Source: a virus. Taken from it: a stretch of 64,000 nt of DNA. The position numbers were made by a program, and so were the translations under genes. Numbering within the stretch: the first letter of the stretch is position 1; each line of letters begins with the position of its first letter. Shown here piece by piece: positions 37,086 through 47,797 of this stretch. The stretch lies in IMG/VR virus record IMGVR_UViG_3300024346_000017, positions 32,001 to 96,000 of that record; one strand, given 5' to 3'. The notes under the pieces were generated by a model. That model saw only the letters and a program-made list of their open reading frames with translations, was not told where the DNA came from and ran no database searches.

Positions 37086-37206
37086 TTTGCCTTTTGGTTG
37101 ATTGTAAGATAAAATTGTACCAAGAGGAAAAGAGCCTAGCCAGCTTAATTTAAAGTTTTACAGCAAGTCAATATATATATATATTTATTTAATGGAGGTT
37201 TTACAC

Positions 37207-37962
37207 ATGGCAACACAAGTCGCAGGTAACGCTAAGAATATTCTAGTTGGTGCTTCACCACTATTTATTTCTAACATTGACGTTACAACAACAGGATACC
37301 AGGACAATGCAGAAGCAGGAGTACTGTTCCCAGCATTAGCAACAGGAGCAGCAATTCAGGTACCACTATTTAAGGCACCAACTTCATCAGCAGAAGGTGA
37401 GTCTTATACAGATACACTTAACGCAATTGATGCAGAAGCATTTGCAGCTGGAGATCCAAAGAAATTCGCATATCGTAACGTAGGTTACACAAACAATGGT
37501 CTTCAGGTAACATACAACCCATCATACGGTTCAGTTACAGTAGATCAGCTTCTTGATACAGCAAAGCTATTCAAGGAGTCAATGGAAGTTATGATCGCAA
37601 CAGAAATGGCTGAAGGTACACTTCAGAACATTCTTACAGTATTCGGTCAATCAGCAGGCACACTTACAGATGGAGCAACAACAGACAAGCTTGGTCTTGC
37701 TGGTGGTGCTCTAGGTGAGGCTCCAACAGAGCGTCAGCTAATCGCAGTAGGTCAGGCACCAACTTCTGGTTCAGGAGTAACAAAGGCAGAGCGTGTATAC
37801 TATGCACGTCGTGTTCTTTCTGTACAACAGTCACAGTTCTCTTTGGCTCGTAACGCAGCATCAACATTCCCAGTCACATTCCGTTTGCTTCCAGACGGTT
37901 CTAAGCAGGGTCAGGAATATGGTTTTATTGTAGATCGTGTTCTTTCAAAGCTATCAGCATAA
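37207..37962 (+). CDS. major tail tube protein
   Basis: NILVGA, VGYTNNG, VTVDQ, FPVTFRLLPD; start revised from GGAGG RBS; followed by terminator and chaperones. Confidence 0.85.
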   Translation: MATQVAGNAKNILVGASPLFISNIDVTTTGYQDNAEAGVLFPALATGAAIQVPLFKAPTSSAEGESYTDTLNAIDAEAFAAGDPKKFAYRNVGYTNNGLQVTYNPSYGSVTVDQLLDTAKLFKESMEVMIATEMAEGTLQNILTVFGQSAGTLTDGATTDKLGLAGGALGEAPTERQLIAVGQAPTSGSGVTKAERVYYARRVLSVQQSQFSLARNAASTFPVTFRLLPDGSKQGQEYGFIVDRVLSKLSA

Positions 37963-37980
37963 TTAATACAATTAATTAAT

Positions 37981-38014
37981 AGAAGCCCCCCAAGAAATTG
38001 GGGGGTTTCTTATT
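37981..38014 (+). terminator. intrinsic terminator
   Basis: AGAAGCCCCCCAA-GAAA-TTGGGGGGTTTCT-TATT. Confidence 0.8.
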
Positions 38015-38071
38015 GCCATTATATTTTACATATGATACAATAATTAAGACGAGATCCTAGGAGGATTTAAA

Positions 38072-38404
38072 TTGGCAACAACAGTATATGATGTAGAAGA
38101 AATTCAGCTACAAAATGGCGCAACCGTAAAGCTAAAGCCTTTAACAATTAAAGAGCTTAGAAAGTTTATGTCAGCTATTGCAAAGACAGCAGAAGTTACT
38201 ACAGAAGATGAAACCCTAACAATTCTTATTGACGCTTGTGCAGTAGCACTAGAAAAGCAGCTACCAGAATTAGTAGCAGACAGAGACGCATTTGAAGACG
38301 TATTAGATGTACCAACAATTAATCGTATCCTTGAAGTTTGCGGTGGCATTAAGATGGACGATCCAAATTTGCTAGCAGCAGCGGTTCTAGCTGGTCAGAA
38401 CTAG
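38072..38404 (+). CDS. tail assembly chaperone (gpG-like)
   Basis: Between major tail and tape measure; TTG start after GGAGG. Confidence 0.8.
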   Translation: MATTVYDVEEIQLQNGATVKLKPLTIKELRKFMSAIAKTAEVTTEDETLTILIDACAVALEKQLPELVADRDAFEDVLDVPTINRILEVCGGIKMDDPNLLAAAVLAGQN

Positions 38405-38730
38405 ATCTAGCTGCGTTAGAAGGAGAAGTATTTCTAATAGGAAACTATAAGAATTACGAGGAATTGGAAGACAATCTTTCAATGCCAGAATTGATTCAAA
38501 CTTTTACATCTATGCAAAAGTCAGAGTCAGAAAAAAGAAAATTCTTAGCTGCAATACAAGGTGTAGATCTTGAAGGTGGCCAAGAAGAAGAAACAAGTAG
38601 CTTTGAAGATGTAAGAAGAAGAGCTCTTGGAATTACTGCAGACGCAACAGATGTTGTTTCACTACAGGGTCAGTTTGCATCAGAAGCAGGGTTTGGTATC
38701 GGAGCTGGCCTCGGATACAAAAAGGAGTAG
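38365..38730 (+). CDS. tail assembly chaperone frameshift extension (gpT-like), -1 frame
   Basis: Slippery A_AAT_TTG at 38365-38371; -1 frame is open from 38365 into ORF 38464..38730. Confidence 0.75.
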   Translation, partial: KFASSSGSSWSELDLAALEGEVFLIGNYKNYEELEDNLSMPELIQTFTSMQKSESEKRKFLAAIQGVDLEGGQEEETSSFEDVRRRALGITADATDVVSLQGQFASEAGFGIGAGLGYKKE

Positions 38731-38734
38731 GTAG

Positions 38735-41700
38735 TTGGCAGATCAAAATATAGTTACCAACATAACTGCGACGGCTAATTTTTCTAGCCTAACAGCGCAG
38801 TTACAAGCGGTGACCTCCCAACTTCTTAAGCTTCAAGCAACAACGATTGGTTTAAATAAAAATCTAACTAGCCAAGTTGGAGTCATGAATCGTCAGTTTG
38901 ACGAAACCATGCGCTCCACTGGCCAGTTTGCTAGACACTTTGTAACACTAACTTCAGACGTATCTAAGTTCGGTCAGAACCTAGATAGCGGAAGAATGAA
39001 GCTAAGCCAATATTTTCAAACATGGCAGGGACATACAAGAAAAACTAGCTCATTAGTTAAAGAGCTAGCCAAGCAGCAGGTAATGCTTGAGAACGCAGTA
39101 GTTCAGCCTCTCGGCAAAAATGCTCAAGGATTAATGCAATACAACGTTATGGTTCAATCTGGACTAGACGTTACAAAAAACAAATCAGCATTACTAAGAC
39201 AAGAACTAGCCATCATGAACAAGGTGATGATGGATGGATCAAATCAACTTATTAACTGGGGTAAGAATACTCAGTGGGCTGGTAGACAGCTCACAGTAGG
39301 ATTAACTGTCCCACTTGCTGCATTTGGAATGGCGGCAGCAAAAGCATTTAGAGAAGCAGATCAAGAGTTAGTAAGACTAACAAAAGTTTATGGCGGATTA
39401 ACAGCAACATCAAGTGCTGATCTATTGCAGGTTAGAAAAGATGTAATTGCTGTATCAAGAGAATTAGCTTCTGGCTTAGGAGCAAACTTTAAAGAAACTA
39501 TCGGTGTAGCAGCAGACATTGCTGCAACTGGAAAACAAGGCGCCGAACTTATAGATTCTACAAGACAGACTACAAGACTTGCTATACTCGGTGAAGTAGA
39601 TAGACAAGATGCCATGAAGGCTACATTAGCAATTCAAACAGCATTTAGTCAAAACACAATGGAGCTTGCTGAGTCTATTGACTTCCTCAACGCCGTTGAA
39701 AACCAGACATCTACAACACTAGAAGATTTAGTAACAGCAATTCCAAAAGCAGGACCAGTAGTAAAAGCTTTGGGTGGAGATGTACAAGATCTTGCACTTT
39801 ATTTAACAGCAATGCGTGAAGGTGGAATTAATGCTTCAGAAGGAGCTAACGCACTTAAGTCTGCATTAGCATCTGTCATTAACCCAACAAAGGTTGCAAA
39901 AGAAATGTTTATGGGTCTTGGAATAGACTTAGCAGGAATTGTAGATAAAAATGCTGGAAACTTAACTGGCACAATTATGGCACTAAAGGACTCATTAGAT
40001 TCGCTTGAGCCACTACAAAGAGCAAGAGCTATTGAGCAGCTATTTGGAAAGTTCCAGTTTGCTAGAATTAATGCATTGTTTGAAAACCTAGGTAAGCAGG
40101 GTAGCCAGACACTTCAAGTTTTAGATTTGATGAAAGCTAGCACACAAGACTTAGCATCTATTTCTGAAAGGGAATTAAATGCTCTTACTGAATCTGCTTC
40201 TGGTAAATATAGAAGAGCACTTGAGTCAGTAAAAGCAGAGCTTGCTATTGTTGGAGAGCAATTCTTAAAAGTAGGAGCATTTGTATTAAATGCTATTGAT
40301 GGAATTTTAAAGTTTATTGGAAACCTTCCAGGACCAATTAAAGCTGTACTAGGATTTATTGGCAGCCTTACGGCTATTGCTGGTCCTATAATCATGCTTA
40401 CTGGTGTTCTGGCCAACTTCTTTGGATATATTATAAAGGGAGTATTAGCACTAAAAAATATTGGAAAGGGCGGAACAGGGTTTAAGTTATTAACCCCAGA
40501 ATTAATGGCAGCAGCATCTGCTGCTGAAACCGTAGAACAATCATTCTATAGCGACACAAAAGCAGCGGCTACATTCTCTGATGCAGTTTTAACTCTAGCA
40601 GCATCATTTGAAAAACTAAAGCAAAGCGCAATGAGCTCTACAATTGCTACATCTAATAGCATGTCTACTGTTGCAGGAAACCCAGTTATGGGAGTTGGCG
40701 GAAGAATTGTAGATAAGAGCCACCCACTTGTAGGGCGGGCATACTCAAGAGATATGTCTCACCTTACACCAACAGGATCACTTACTCCAGAGCAAAGAGC
40801 AAGAGAAACAATCTTTTCAACAGTTCCTGGACCTAAGCCAGTAAATCAAAGAATTTCAAATTCTCCACAGGTATATATGGATGGAGATCTTCCAAAGATA
40901 CCAGGAATAACATCTGTAAATGGAGTTTCAACTGGTGTAGTTGCAGCTGAAGCAGCCAAGTGGCACTCAATGACCGCAGCAATTGCTATGCAGTCAAAGG
41001 CTGAATTAGCAGTACTTAAAACTGAAATAGCAGCAACTGGAACAATTACAGCATCACTAGCAGATTCATATCAAGCACTTCTTCCTCAAATGACAAAGGT
41101 GACAACTTTAGCTGCACAAGAAACTGCAATGATAGTTCAACAACTACAGGCTGGCAAAATTACTGTTGAAGCAGCAAGAGCAAAGATATTTGCACTAAAT
41201 GCTCAAGTTGAGGCTATGATAGCTCAGACAGCTACAGGCGTTGCAACTGCACAAGCAAGAACTTTAAGTTTAACTACAGTACCTTTAACAACTCAACCAG
41301 TAGTAAATGCAGCTGGAAGATCAAATATGAAAGAGCTTTTCCATAAATCAGAAACCTCAAAGATGGTTGATGTAATTGCAAGAGCTTTGGGAGTTAGAAC
41401 TTCTGGTGCTGGTTACAGTATAGAAACAACAAAACCTAGATTTAATACTGGTGGACAAATTGAATCTTTCGGAGCAAATAAAACACGGGTAAGTGGACCT
41501 GCATCAATTTCATATGACGACAGAATGGGTAGCGTTCCACTAAATGGATATGTTCTTAATCAGCCAGCATCGTTGGATCCAAGAAATGCTCCACTAGTAC
41601 AGGCCGCAGCCTCTACTCATCAAAATTCTGGCGGAAATATAACTGCTCTTCTTACACCACAAGAGACAGTGTTTGGTCCAGGAATACAAGAAAACCCAGA

Positions 41701-44700
41701 ACTTTTTGCTGCAGTTGATGCAGCAAATAATGGAATTCCTTTTTCATCATTTATGGGTGGAGGAAATATTACATTATCAAGATCAAATTACGGCGCTATA
41801 AACCCAGCAGTAATGGCAAGAATTTTAGGCCAACTGTTTAGACGAAATCCAAAACTTTCAAAAGAAATTTTAAAGGGAAGAGATTTAAGACTTACTGGTG
41901 CAGAGGCAAGAGCATACCAAGAAGGAGTATTTGGTTCTGCACTTAAATCTTCATCCAGAGCATTAGGCAGAGAGTATTATTTTGTAGGAAATTGGGGAGG
42001 AAGACTAAGATCAAGTGTTAACTCTGCACTTGCACATGGTGCTGCTAGAAGATCTGATATTGTGAGCGATTTAATGCACAGTACATCGCAACAAGCACTT
42101 CCATCACTTACTAGATTCCTACAGGTCAATAAAGTTTCGCCAGATAAAATACAGCTAATCACAGATAGAGCTAGAGCAAATATCGTTTCTAGCTTATCTG
42201 GTACTGGAAAAATTGGAGAAGCTGAATGGTCAAGAATCCAACACAGAGAGTACCTTGCTGCAGCAAAAGAGCTTCGTTTAAGAAAAGAATATTTAGAGAG
42301 TCTAAATGTTCCAGGACAAAGAAGAGGACACTCAACAGATCCAGCAGCTAGAGGAATTCAAGCAGAAACTGCTTTAAATCCTTATGGCACAACAGACCTA
42401 GGAAAGCTTATATCTGCAAACGACCAAAATGGCACAAGGTTCATGGGTTCATATCGTACCTATGGAATAGAAAGAATTAATGGAGAGCCAACCGCATTAG
42501 CTCACATGATGCCTAAATTTAATTCTGGTGGACGAATTGGCGGGATGATAAGGTCTGGTAAGTACAACTACGGAGTTATGGGCAATGTACTAAAGTCTTT
42601 AGCCATGAGAAGAATAGGCGCTGGCTTTGGACCAACAGGTGCACCAAAGCCTAGTACGTATGAGTCAGCCCCATGGGGAGTAAGCTCTCTATCAATTAAA
42701 GCAGCAGACACACTATTTGCTGACACGGGTCTAAGAAAGAATTCACAAAAACTTCTATACGATAAGTTTGCTGCGGCACTAGCCCAAGAAAAACCTTACG
42801 GATATGTTAAGGGTGTTAATGGAGAATTAAGAAACGCCCTTGAGCCAGCATCATTAGATTCTGTTATAAGAAAAGCCGCAAGCGACCTTATGTCTGATAG
42901 AAGAGCTTACATGCAGCTTTCTCCAATTGACAGAGACATACTTAGAAAGAAATATTTAAACTGGGAATCTAAAAAAGATACACCTATTACTGAATCTTTA
43001 AAACAAAGAATTTTTGGAAGTAGCACTCCAGGATTTATGGGTGGCGGTATTATTCGTCGTGGTAAAAATGCATACGGAGTAAAGGGTAACCCAGCTGCTC
43101 GTGCAGCTCAAGAAGCGGCAAAAAGAGCAAGAAGAGAAGCATTTGAACAACGTACAGGATCTGATCCAGAATATAGAGAAGGACCACTAACTGGTTCAAA
43201 AACAACAGTAGTTGGCAATGGTGGAGTAAGAACAAACGTTTATGGACTACAAGGATCACTTCCTTATGCTCCAGGATTAGGTTTACCATTCCAAAGAGCA
43301 AACATAGCAATAGACTCAATGTTTTCTTCTATTGGCAATTCACTTAAGACTGCATCCGACAGACTAATTGTTAAAGCTAGAATGTTGCCAGACCAAATTA
43401 AATCATCAATGATGGCAGTTACTGGAAGTATTCAGCAATTAGGCACATCAATTAAAACAGTAGCTACAGGAGCTTCAGCTGCAATTGCTTCATCAGTAAG
43501 AAGTTTTGCATCTTCTTACAAGCCTGGTGGATCTGAAATATTAAAGTATGGCGCTCCTGGAGCATTTATTGGCACAAGAGAAGATCGTGGAGCAAGAATT
43601 ACTGGATCATTTAAGGCCAACGCTGCTTATTCAACTGCAGCAATGATGCATCCAATTCAATACTTAAAGACTAAGGGTATTGGAGCAGATCCAAACACAC
43701 CTCTTGGCTCAGGCAACATGGGTAACATGGTTGGAATGATGGGCGGAATGGCAGCAGGAACTGCCATAGGAGGAAAGCTAGGTGGACAAAACGGTGCCAT
43801 GATGGGCAGTATGGTTGGAATGATGGCTGGCCAATCTGTTATTAAGGGCGTAGGCGGAATGATTGCAAAACGTGCTGCAGCAAGTGCAGCAACAGCAGGA
43901 TTAGCTTCCGCAGGATTTGGCGCAACAGCAGCAGCTGCTGCAGGCTTGGTTGCACCATTAGCAGCAGTAACAGCAGCAGGATATGCTGGATACAAAATGT
44001 GGAAGCACTATAAAGAAGGACAAACCCTTAATATATCTACTTTTGGAATGACTGCAGAAGCAGCTAAAAAGGCTAACTTAAGATTTACAGACTTTGGCTC
44101 AAAGATAAAAGACACTATTCAAGATTCAAAAGACATGGCGGCTGCAAATAAACTCGTTTATGAAAGCATGAAGGATGGCGGAACTCCATTCCAAATGAGT
44201 ATTGCGGAATATAAAAAGCTTAAGAAGGAAGTCAAAGAAACTTTTGGAGAGCAGATAAAAGCTTTAGATAGACAGCCTTCAAATAAGGTACCAGATGCAG
44301 TTCGTAGAATTAAAGAGCAGCTAATTGCTGCTGGCATGTCTGCAGACGAAGCAACTAAAAAGGTATTTACAATGCTTCAACTTTCAAATAAAAAAGATCA
44401 ATCAATTACTGCAACAATGGGTAACAATAGCTTTAAAAATATTACAGACCCACAAAGTGCTGCAGTTTCTGCAGTAACAAGTTTTGGCGCAGATACAAAA
44501 GATCAAGGAAACAAAGAAAAGGCAGCATCACTAAACACAGCTTTAATGGCAACTGAAACTGGAATAAATGATTTAATAGCTAAGAGAGAACGCCTTGTAG
44601 CAAAAGATTTATCTGGAAAGACAAAGTCACTTACATACGCAGAAGCCGAAAAGATAATGATAGACAAGATCAACAAGTCTAAAGAGGCTGGCACAGTTAT

Positions 44701-47700
44701 TACTCAGGGAACAATCGATGAGATGGCCAAAACAAATCCAGAAGTAAGAAAGATGATTAATGGATCTGATACTGTAGTAAGCGTATGGCAAAAGATTAGG
44801 TTAGAAGCACAAGGATTTGAAGGCGACCTTTCTCAACTAAATGCTGCACAAACAAAACTTATTGCAGACTCGTTTGCAGCAATATCTGATGCTGTAGTTG
44901 CAAAAAACAGAGGTGGAATATTAAAAGATCAGTACGCATCACTTGATAAACTAGAAAAGCAAATTAAGAATTATACAAAAGCTCTTAAGGGACAATCAGT
45001 TGCGGAACAAATATCTGATAGAGATAGACTGAAAGCACTTAATAAACAAATAGAGGCTATAAATAAACTGGCGGAGTCAAGAAAGAAAGCTCTTGCTGCC
45101 GCACAAGAAGATGCAAACCTTGGAAGACAAATTGAAAAGGTTAGACTTGAGATACAAAATGCAGTTTCAGTCGGAGATACCGAAAAGGCACAAAGCTTAA
45201 GAATTGATTTAGAGTCACTTACTTCACAGCAGCAAACAGATGCCCAGATGAAGGCAATAGATACTGCTGCGGAAGCCGCAACTAAGCCTTTAAAGGCTGC
45301 CATGGATGCTATTACAAATAAGCAAGAAAAGCTTGGTGACGCAGCTGCACTAGCAGGAGAAAGTTTAGATAAGTTAAAAGATAGATACGATAAGCAACAA
45401 GCAGCAATTAAAAAAGTAAATGATTCTATGACTGCTTTATATGGAAATGCTGCAGCAGCAGGATTAACGGTTGAGGCTTACGCAAAGAAAAATAAAGAGG
45501 CATCTGCGGGATTTGTAGCCGCAATGGAAGCTGCCACAGGCGCAGCAATGCCAAAGTATAAAGAAAAAACATACTATAACGGCAGTATGTTGGTTACAGA
45601 AAAGGTTCCAATTGCTCCATATGAAAACGCACTAGAGCTTCTAGCAAAATCTGGTGCCGCTACAGGAGTAAACGAAGCACTTGCAAATAGCATTAAAGGT
45701 GGAGCAACTCTAAAAGATGTTGTTGATGCAGTCAATGGTAAAAACGGCAAGCCTGCATTAAGAAAAGATATTGTAGTAAAAGGTGATTACTCTAACAGTA
45801 AAGAAGATAAAGAGTTTGATGGCAAAAAAGTTAAAGTTCTAAATGCAGAAGCTCGTGATGCTATTAGAAAGAGACTTAAACTTGAGCCAGGAGAAACATT
45901 TATAGTTGATGGACAAAAGTATAAGCAGAACACTACTGGTGGAACTCCAATTTGGGTGGGGCCAGCTCCACAAACACCTGCTTTACATGAAGGCGGAAAA
46001 ATATCTGGTCCAGGTACCTCAACATCAGATTCAATTCCAGCAATGCTTTCAGATGGAGAATATGTATTTAGTGCAAAGGCTGTAGATGCAGCTGGTGGAC
46101 CAGACGCCGTAGATTCTTTGCACAAAGCACTTAGAAGAGCAGATGGAGGACCAATTGGAAAACAGAAGCCTCAAAAACAACAGCTTCCATTTTTCCCATG
46201 GCGTCATGATCTTCCAGATTACTGGAGTAATGGTGCACCAACGGGAAATCCACGTACTGGAAGATGGGGAGAATTAAGATACAATCCGTCTAAGGGTAAA
46301 GATATTTGGGGCGGAACAGAAATTCCAGGACTTAAGTTTACTGGAAAGACACCACAGCAATCAGACTACTGGCATCAGATGACTGAGCAGCCAAGTAAAT
46401 CTCGTGGTCCAGGAATGGGTATAGACAAAGATCCAATGAGACTTGCAGGCTCTGGAGCATCTATGGGATTTTCTGGAAACGGAGCATATGGGTTCGGCCC
46501 ACTATTGTTTGCAGAGGGTGGATCAGTAAAGAAACAAAATTGGTTCCAGAGATACGTTGCAAGCTTAACTAAATCAAGTGACTCATTGCCAGCATGGGCC
46601 AGAGACCCACTTGGAGTTCAAGCCCTTTTAAGAAATATTGCAGGGCAAGGCAGAAAGGGAGATAATCTTTCATCTGCATTAATGCCGCTAAACTTTATGG
46701 GCGTAGGTAAACTTGGAAAAACAGCAGCATCTTCAGTGCCTAAAGTAGTAGGTTCAGTTTCCCATCTTACTCCAGAGATGAAATCCTTTAGCATGGCAGA
46801 CATTGATGCTAAGGCAATTCAGGCTTTATCAAAGTTAGATCCTTCTTCAATAAAAATTCCAGAGACAGGAATTACTTTTAGCCCAAGCTCAGCAAGAGCT
46901 GCTCTTGAAGGATGGAAACAAACAGGAGATGCAGCTGGAGCCTCTCTTTGGGAAATTGTTCAGGCGCAAAGAGAAACATTACTAAAAGCTAAATATCCAA
47001 AAATTGATTTTTCTGATGTAGCAAAATTTAACGAATACTATGCAAAAGAATTTTACGACTTGCTTCCAGACGAGGCTATTAAGTTATTTAAGGGTGTAAG
47101 AAGCACAGCAGGAGATGCATGGAGAACTGGTCAAAAAGATCTAGGTACTTATTTTTCAACTAATCCACATGTAGCCGCACTTTATAGCGCAATGATAGGA
47201 AAGGCAAAAATTGGCGAAGAGCTGCCAATGTTCAGTATTGATAAAAGAATATCCGAACTTAAAAATTTTCTAGGTGAAGGAGCAATAAGAAATGGCTCTG
47301 CACAAGGGAGCATGGAGTTCCCACAAGTATTGGGCGGCGAAGATCTATCAAGGATTTTGCCTAACATATATTCATTACCAGGACAAGTTTACGGACAGAT
47401 GTTTGGTGCTACAGCAAAGTCATTAAAAGAGATAAAGAATTTATGGCCTTCTGGTTTTGCTCAAGGAGGCTACGTACCTAAATTTAAAAATGGAATTAAC
47501 GTAGTCCCACAGGATATGTTAGCAATGATTCACAAAAATGAATCTATAGTTCCAGCCAGTATGAACCCATTTAATCCAGATGCAGCAATGCCAAAATACA
47601 ATTTTAATAGGTCTTCATTTAATGTAAGAGGAGACGGAGCAATTGGAGCATCTTATACTGTTAATCAAAACATATACGCATCTGATGGAATGGATGTAGA

Positions 47701-47797
47701 GGCCCTATCTAATATGATTGTTAAAAAGGCTGAAGTTGTTATTGGACAAAAGGCTAAGGTTAATGTTAAAATGGTTGGACAGGGGAAGAATATATAA
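38735..47797 (+). CDS. tape measure protein with modular inserted domains
   Basis: TMP core (LTVGLTVPLAAFG, EGANALKS), GPGTSTSDSIPAMLSDGEYV motif, repeated FxxGG motifs; 3020 aa. Confidence 0.92.
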   Translation: MADQNIVTNITATANFSSLTAQLQAVTSQLLKLQATTIGLNKNLTSQVGVMNRQFDETMRSTGQFARHFVTLTSDVSKFGQNLDSGRMKLSQYFQTWQGHTRKTSSLVKELAKQQVMLENAVVQPLGKNAQGLMQYNVMVQSGLDVTKNKSALLRQELAIMNKVMMDGSNQLINWGKNTQWAGRQLTVGLTVPLAAFGMAAAKAFREADQELVRLTKVYGGLTATSSADLLQVRKDVIAVSRELASGLGANFKETIGVAADIAATGKQGAELIDSTRQTTRLAILGEVDRQDAMKATLAIQTAFSQNTMELAESIDFLNAVENQTSTTLEDLVTAIPKAGPVVKALGGDVQDLALYLTAMREGGINASEGANALKSALASVINPTKVAKEMFMGLGIDLAGIVDKNAGNLTGTIMALKDSLDSLEPLQRARAIEQLFGKFQFARINALFENLGKQGSQTLQVLDLMKASTQDLASISERELNALTESASGKYRRALESVKAELAIVGEQFLKVGAFVLNAIDGILKFIGNLPGPIKAVLGFIGSLTAIAGPIIMLTGVLANFFGYIIKGVLALKNIGKGGTGFKLLTPELMAAASAAETVEQSFYSDTKAAATFSDAVLTLAASFEKLKQSAMSSTIATSNSMSTVAGNPVMGVGGRIVDKSHPLVGRAYSRDMSHLTPTGSLTPEQRARETIFSTVPGPKPVNQRISNSPQVYMDGDLPKIPGITSVNGVSTGVVAAEAAKWHSMTAAIAMQSKAELAVLKTEIAATGTITASLADSYQALLPQMTKVTTLAAQETAMIVQQLQAGKITVEAARAKIFALNAQVEAMIAQTATGVATAQARTLSLTTVPLTTQPVVNAAGRSNMKELFHKSETSKMVDVIARALGVRTSGAGYSIETTKPRFNTGGQIESFGANKTRVSGPASISYDDRMGSVPLNGYVLNQPASLDPRNAPLVQAAASTHQNSGGNITALLTPQETVFGPGIQENPELFAAVDAANNGIPFSSFMGGGNITLSRSNYGAINPAVMARILGQLFRRNPKLSKEILKGRDLRLTGAEARAYQEGVFGSALKSSSRALGREYYFVGNWGGRLRSSVNSALAHGAARRSDIVSDLMHSTSQQALPSLTRFLQVNKVSPDKIQLITDRARANIVSSLSGTGKIGEAEWSRIQHREYLAAAKELRLRKEYLESLNVPGQRRGHSTDPAARGIQAETALNPYGTTDLGKLISANDQNGTRFMGSYRTYGIERINGEPTALAHMMPKFNSGGRIGGMIRSGKYNYGVMGNVLKSLAMRRIGAGFGPTGAPKPSTYESAPWGVSSLSIKAADTLFADTGLRKNSQKLLYDKFAAALAQEKPYGYVKGVNGELRNALEPASLDSVIRKAASDLMSDRRAYMQLSPIDRDILRKKYLNWESKKDTPITESLKQRIFGSSTPGFMGGGIIRRGKNAYGVKGNPAARAAQEAAKRARREAFEQRTGSDPEYREGPLTGSKTTVVGNGGVRTNVYGLQGSLPYAPGLGLPFQRANIAIDSMFSSIGNSLKTASDRLIVKARMLPDQIKSSMMAVTGSIQQLGTSIKTVATGASAAIASSVRSFASSYKPGGSEILKYGAPGAFIGTREDRGARITGSFKANAAYSTAAMMHPIQYLKTKGIGADPNTPLGSGNMGNMVGMMGGMAAGTAIGGKLGGQNGAMMGSMVGMMAGQSVIKGVGGMIAKRAAASAATAGLASAGFGATAAAAAGLVAPLAAVTAAGYAGYKMWKHYKEGQTLNISTFGMTAEAAKKANLRFTDFGSKIKDTIQDSKDMAAANKLVYESMKDGGTPFQMSIAEYKKLKKEVKETFGEQIKALDRQPSNKVPDAVRRIKEQLIAAGMSADEATKKVFTMLQLSNKKDQSITATMGNNSFKNITDPQSAAVSAVTSFGADTKDQGNKEKAASLNTALMATETGINDLIAKRERLVAKDLSGKTKSLTYAEAEKIMIDKINKSKEAGTVITQGTIDEMAKTNPEVRKMINGSDTVVSVWQKIRLEAQGFEGDLSQLNAAQTKLIADSFAAISDAVVAKNRGGILKDQYASLDKLEKQIKNYTKALKGQSVAEQISDRDRLKALNKQIEAINKLAESRKKALAAAQEDANLGRQIEKVRLEIQNAVSVGDTEKAQSLRIDLESLTSQQQTDAQMKAIDTAAEAATKPLKAAMDAITNKQEKLGDAAALAGESLDKLKDRYDKQQAAIKKVNDSMTALYGNAAAAGLTVEAYAKKNKEASAGFVAAMEAATGAAMPKYKEKTYYNGSMLVTEKVPIAPYENALELLAKSGAATGVNEALANSIKGGATLKDVVDAVNGKNGKPALRKDIVVKGDYSNSKEDKEFDGKKVKVLNAEARDAIRKRLKLEPGETFIVDGQKYKQNTTGGTPIWVGPAPQTPALHEGGKISGPGTSTSDSIPAMLSDGEYVFSAKAVDAAGGPDAVDSLHKALRRADGGPIGKQKPQKQQLPFFPWRHDLPDYWSNGAPTGNPRTGRWGELRYNPSKGKDIWGGTEIPGLKFTGKTPQQSDYWHQMTEQPSKSRGPGMGIDKDPMRLAGSGASMGFSGNGAYGFGPLLFAEGGSVKKQNWFQRYVASLTKSSDSLPAWARDPLGVQALLRNIAGQGRKGDNLSSALMPLNFMGVGKLGKTAASSVPKVVGSVSHLTPEMKSFSMADIDAKAIQALSKLDPSSIKIPETGITFSPSSARAALEGWKQTGDAAGASLWEIVQAQRETLLKAKYPKIDFSDVAKFNEYYAKEFYDLLPDEAIKLFKGVRSTAGDAWRTGQKDLGTYFSTNPHVAALYSAMIGKAKIGEELPMFSIDKRISELKNFLGEGAIRNGSAQGSMEFPQVLGGEDLSRILPNIYSLPGQVYGQMFGATAKSLKEIKNLWPSGFAQGGYVPKFKNGINVVPQDMLAMIHKNESIVPASMNPFNPDAAMPKYNFNRSSFNVRGDGAIGASYTVNQNIYASDGMDVEALSNMIVKKAEVVIGQKAKVNVKMVGQGKNI

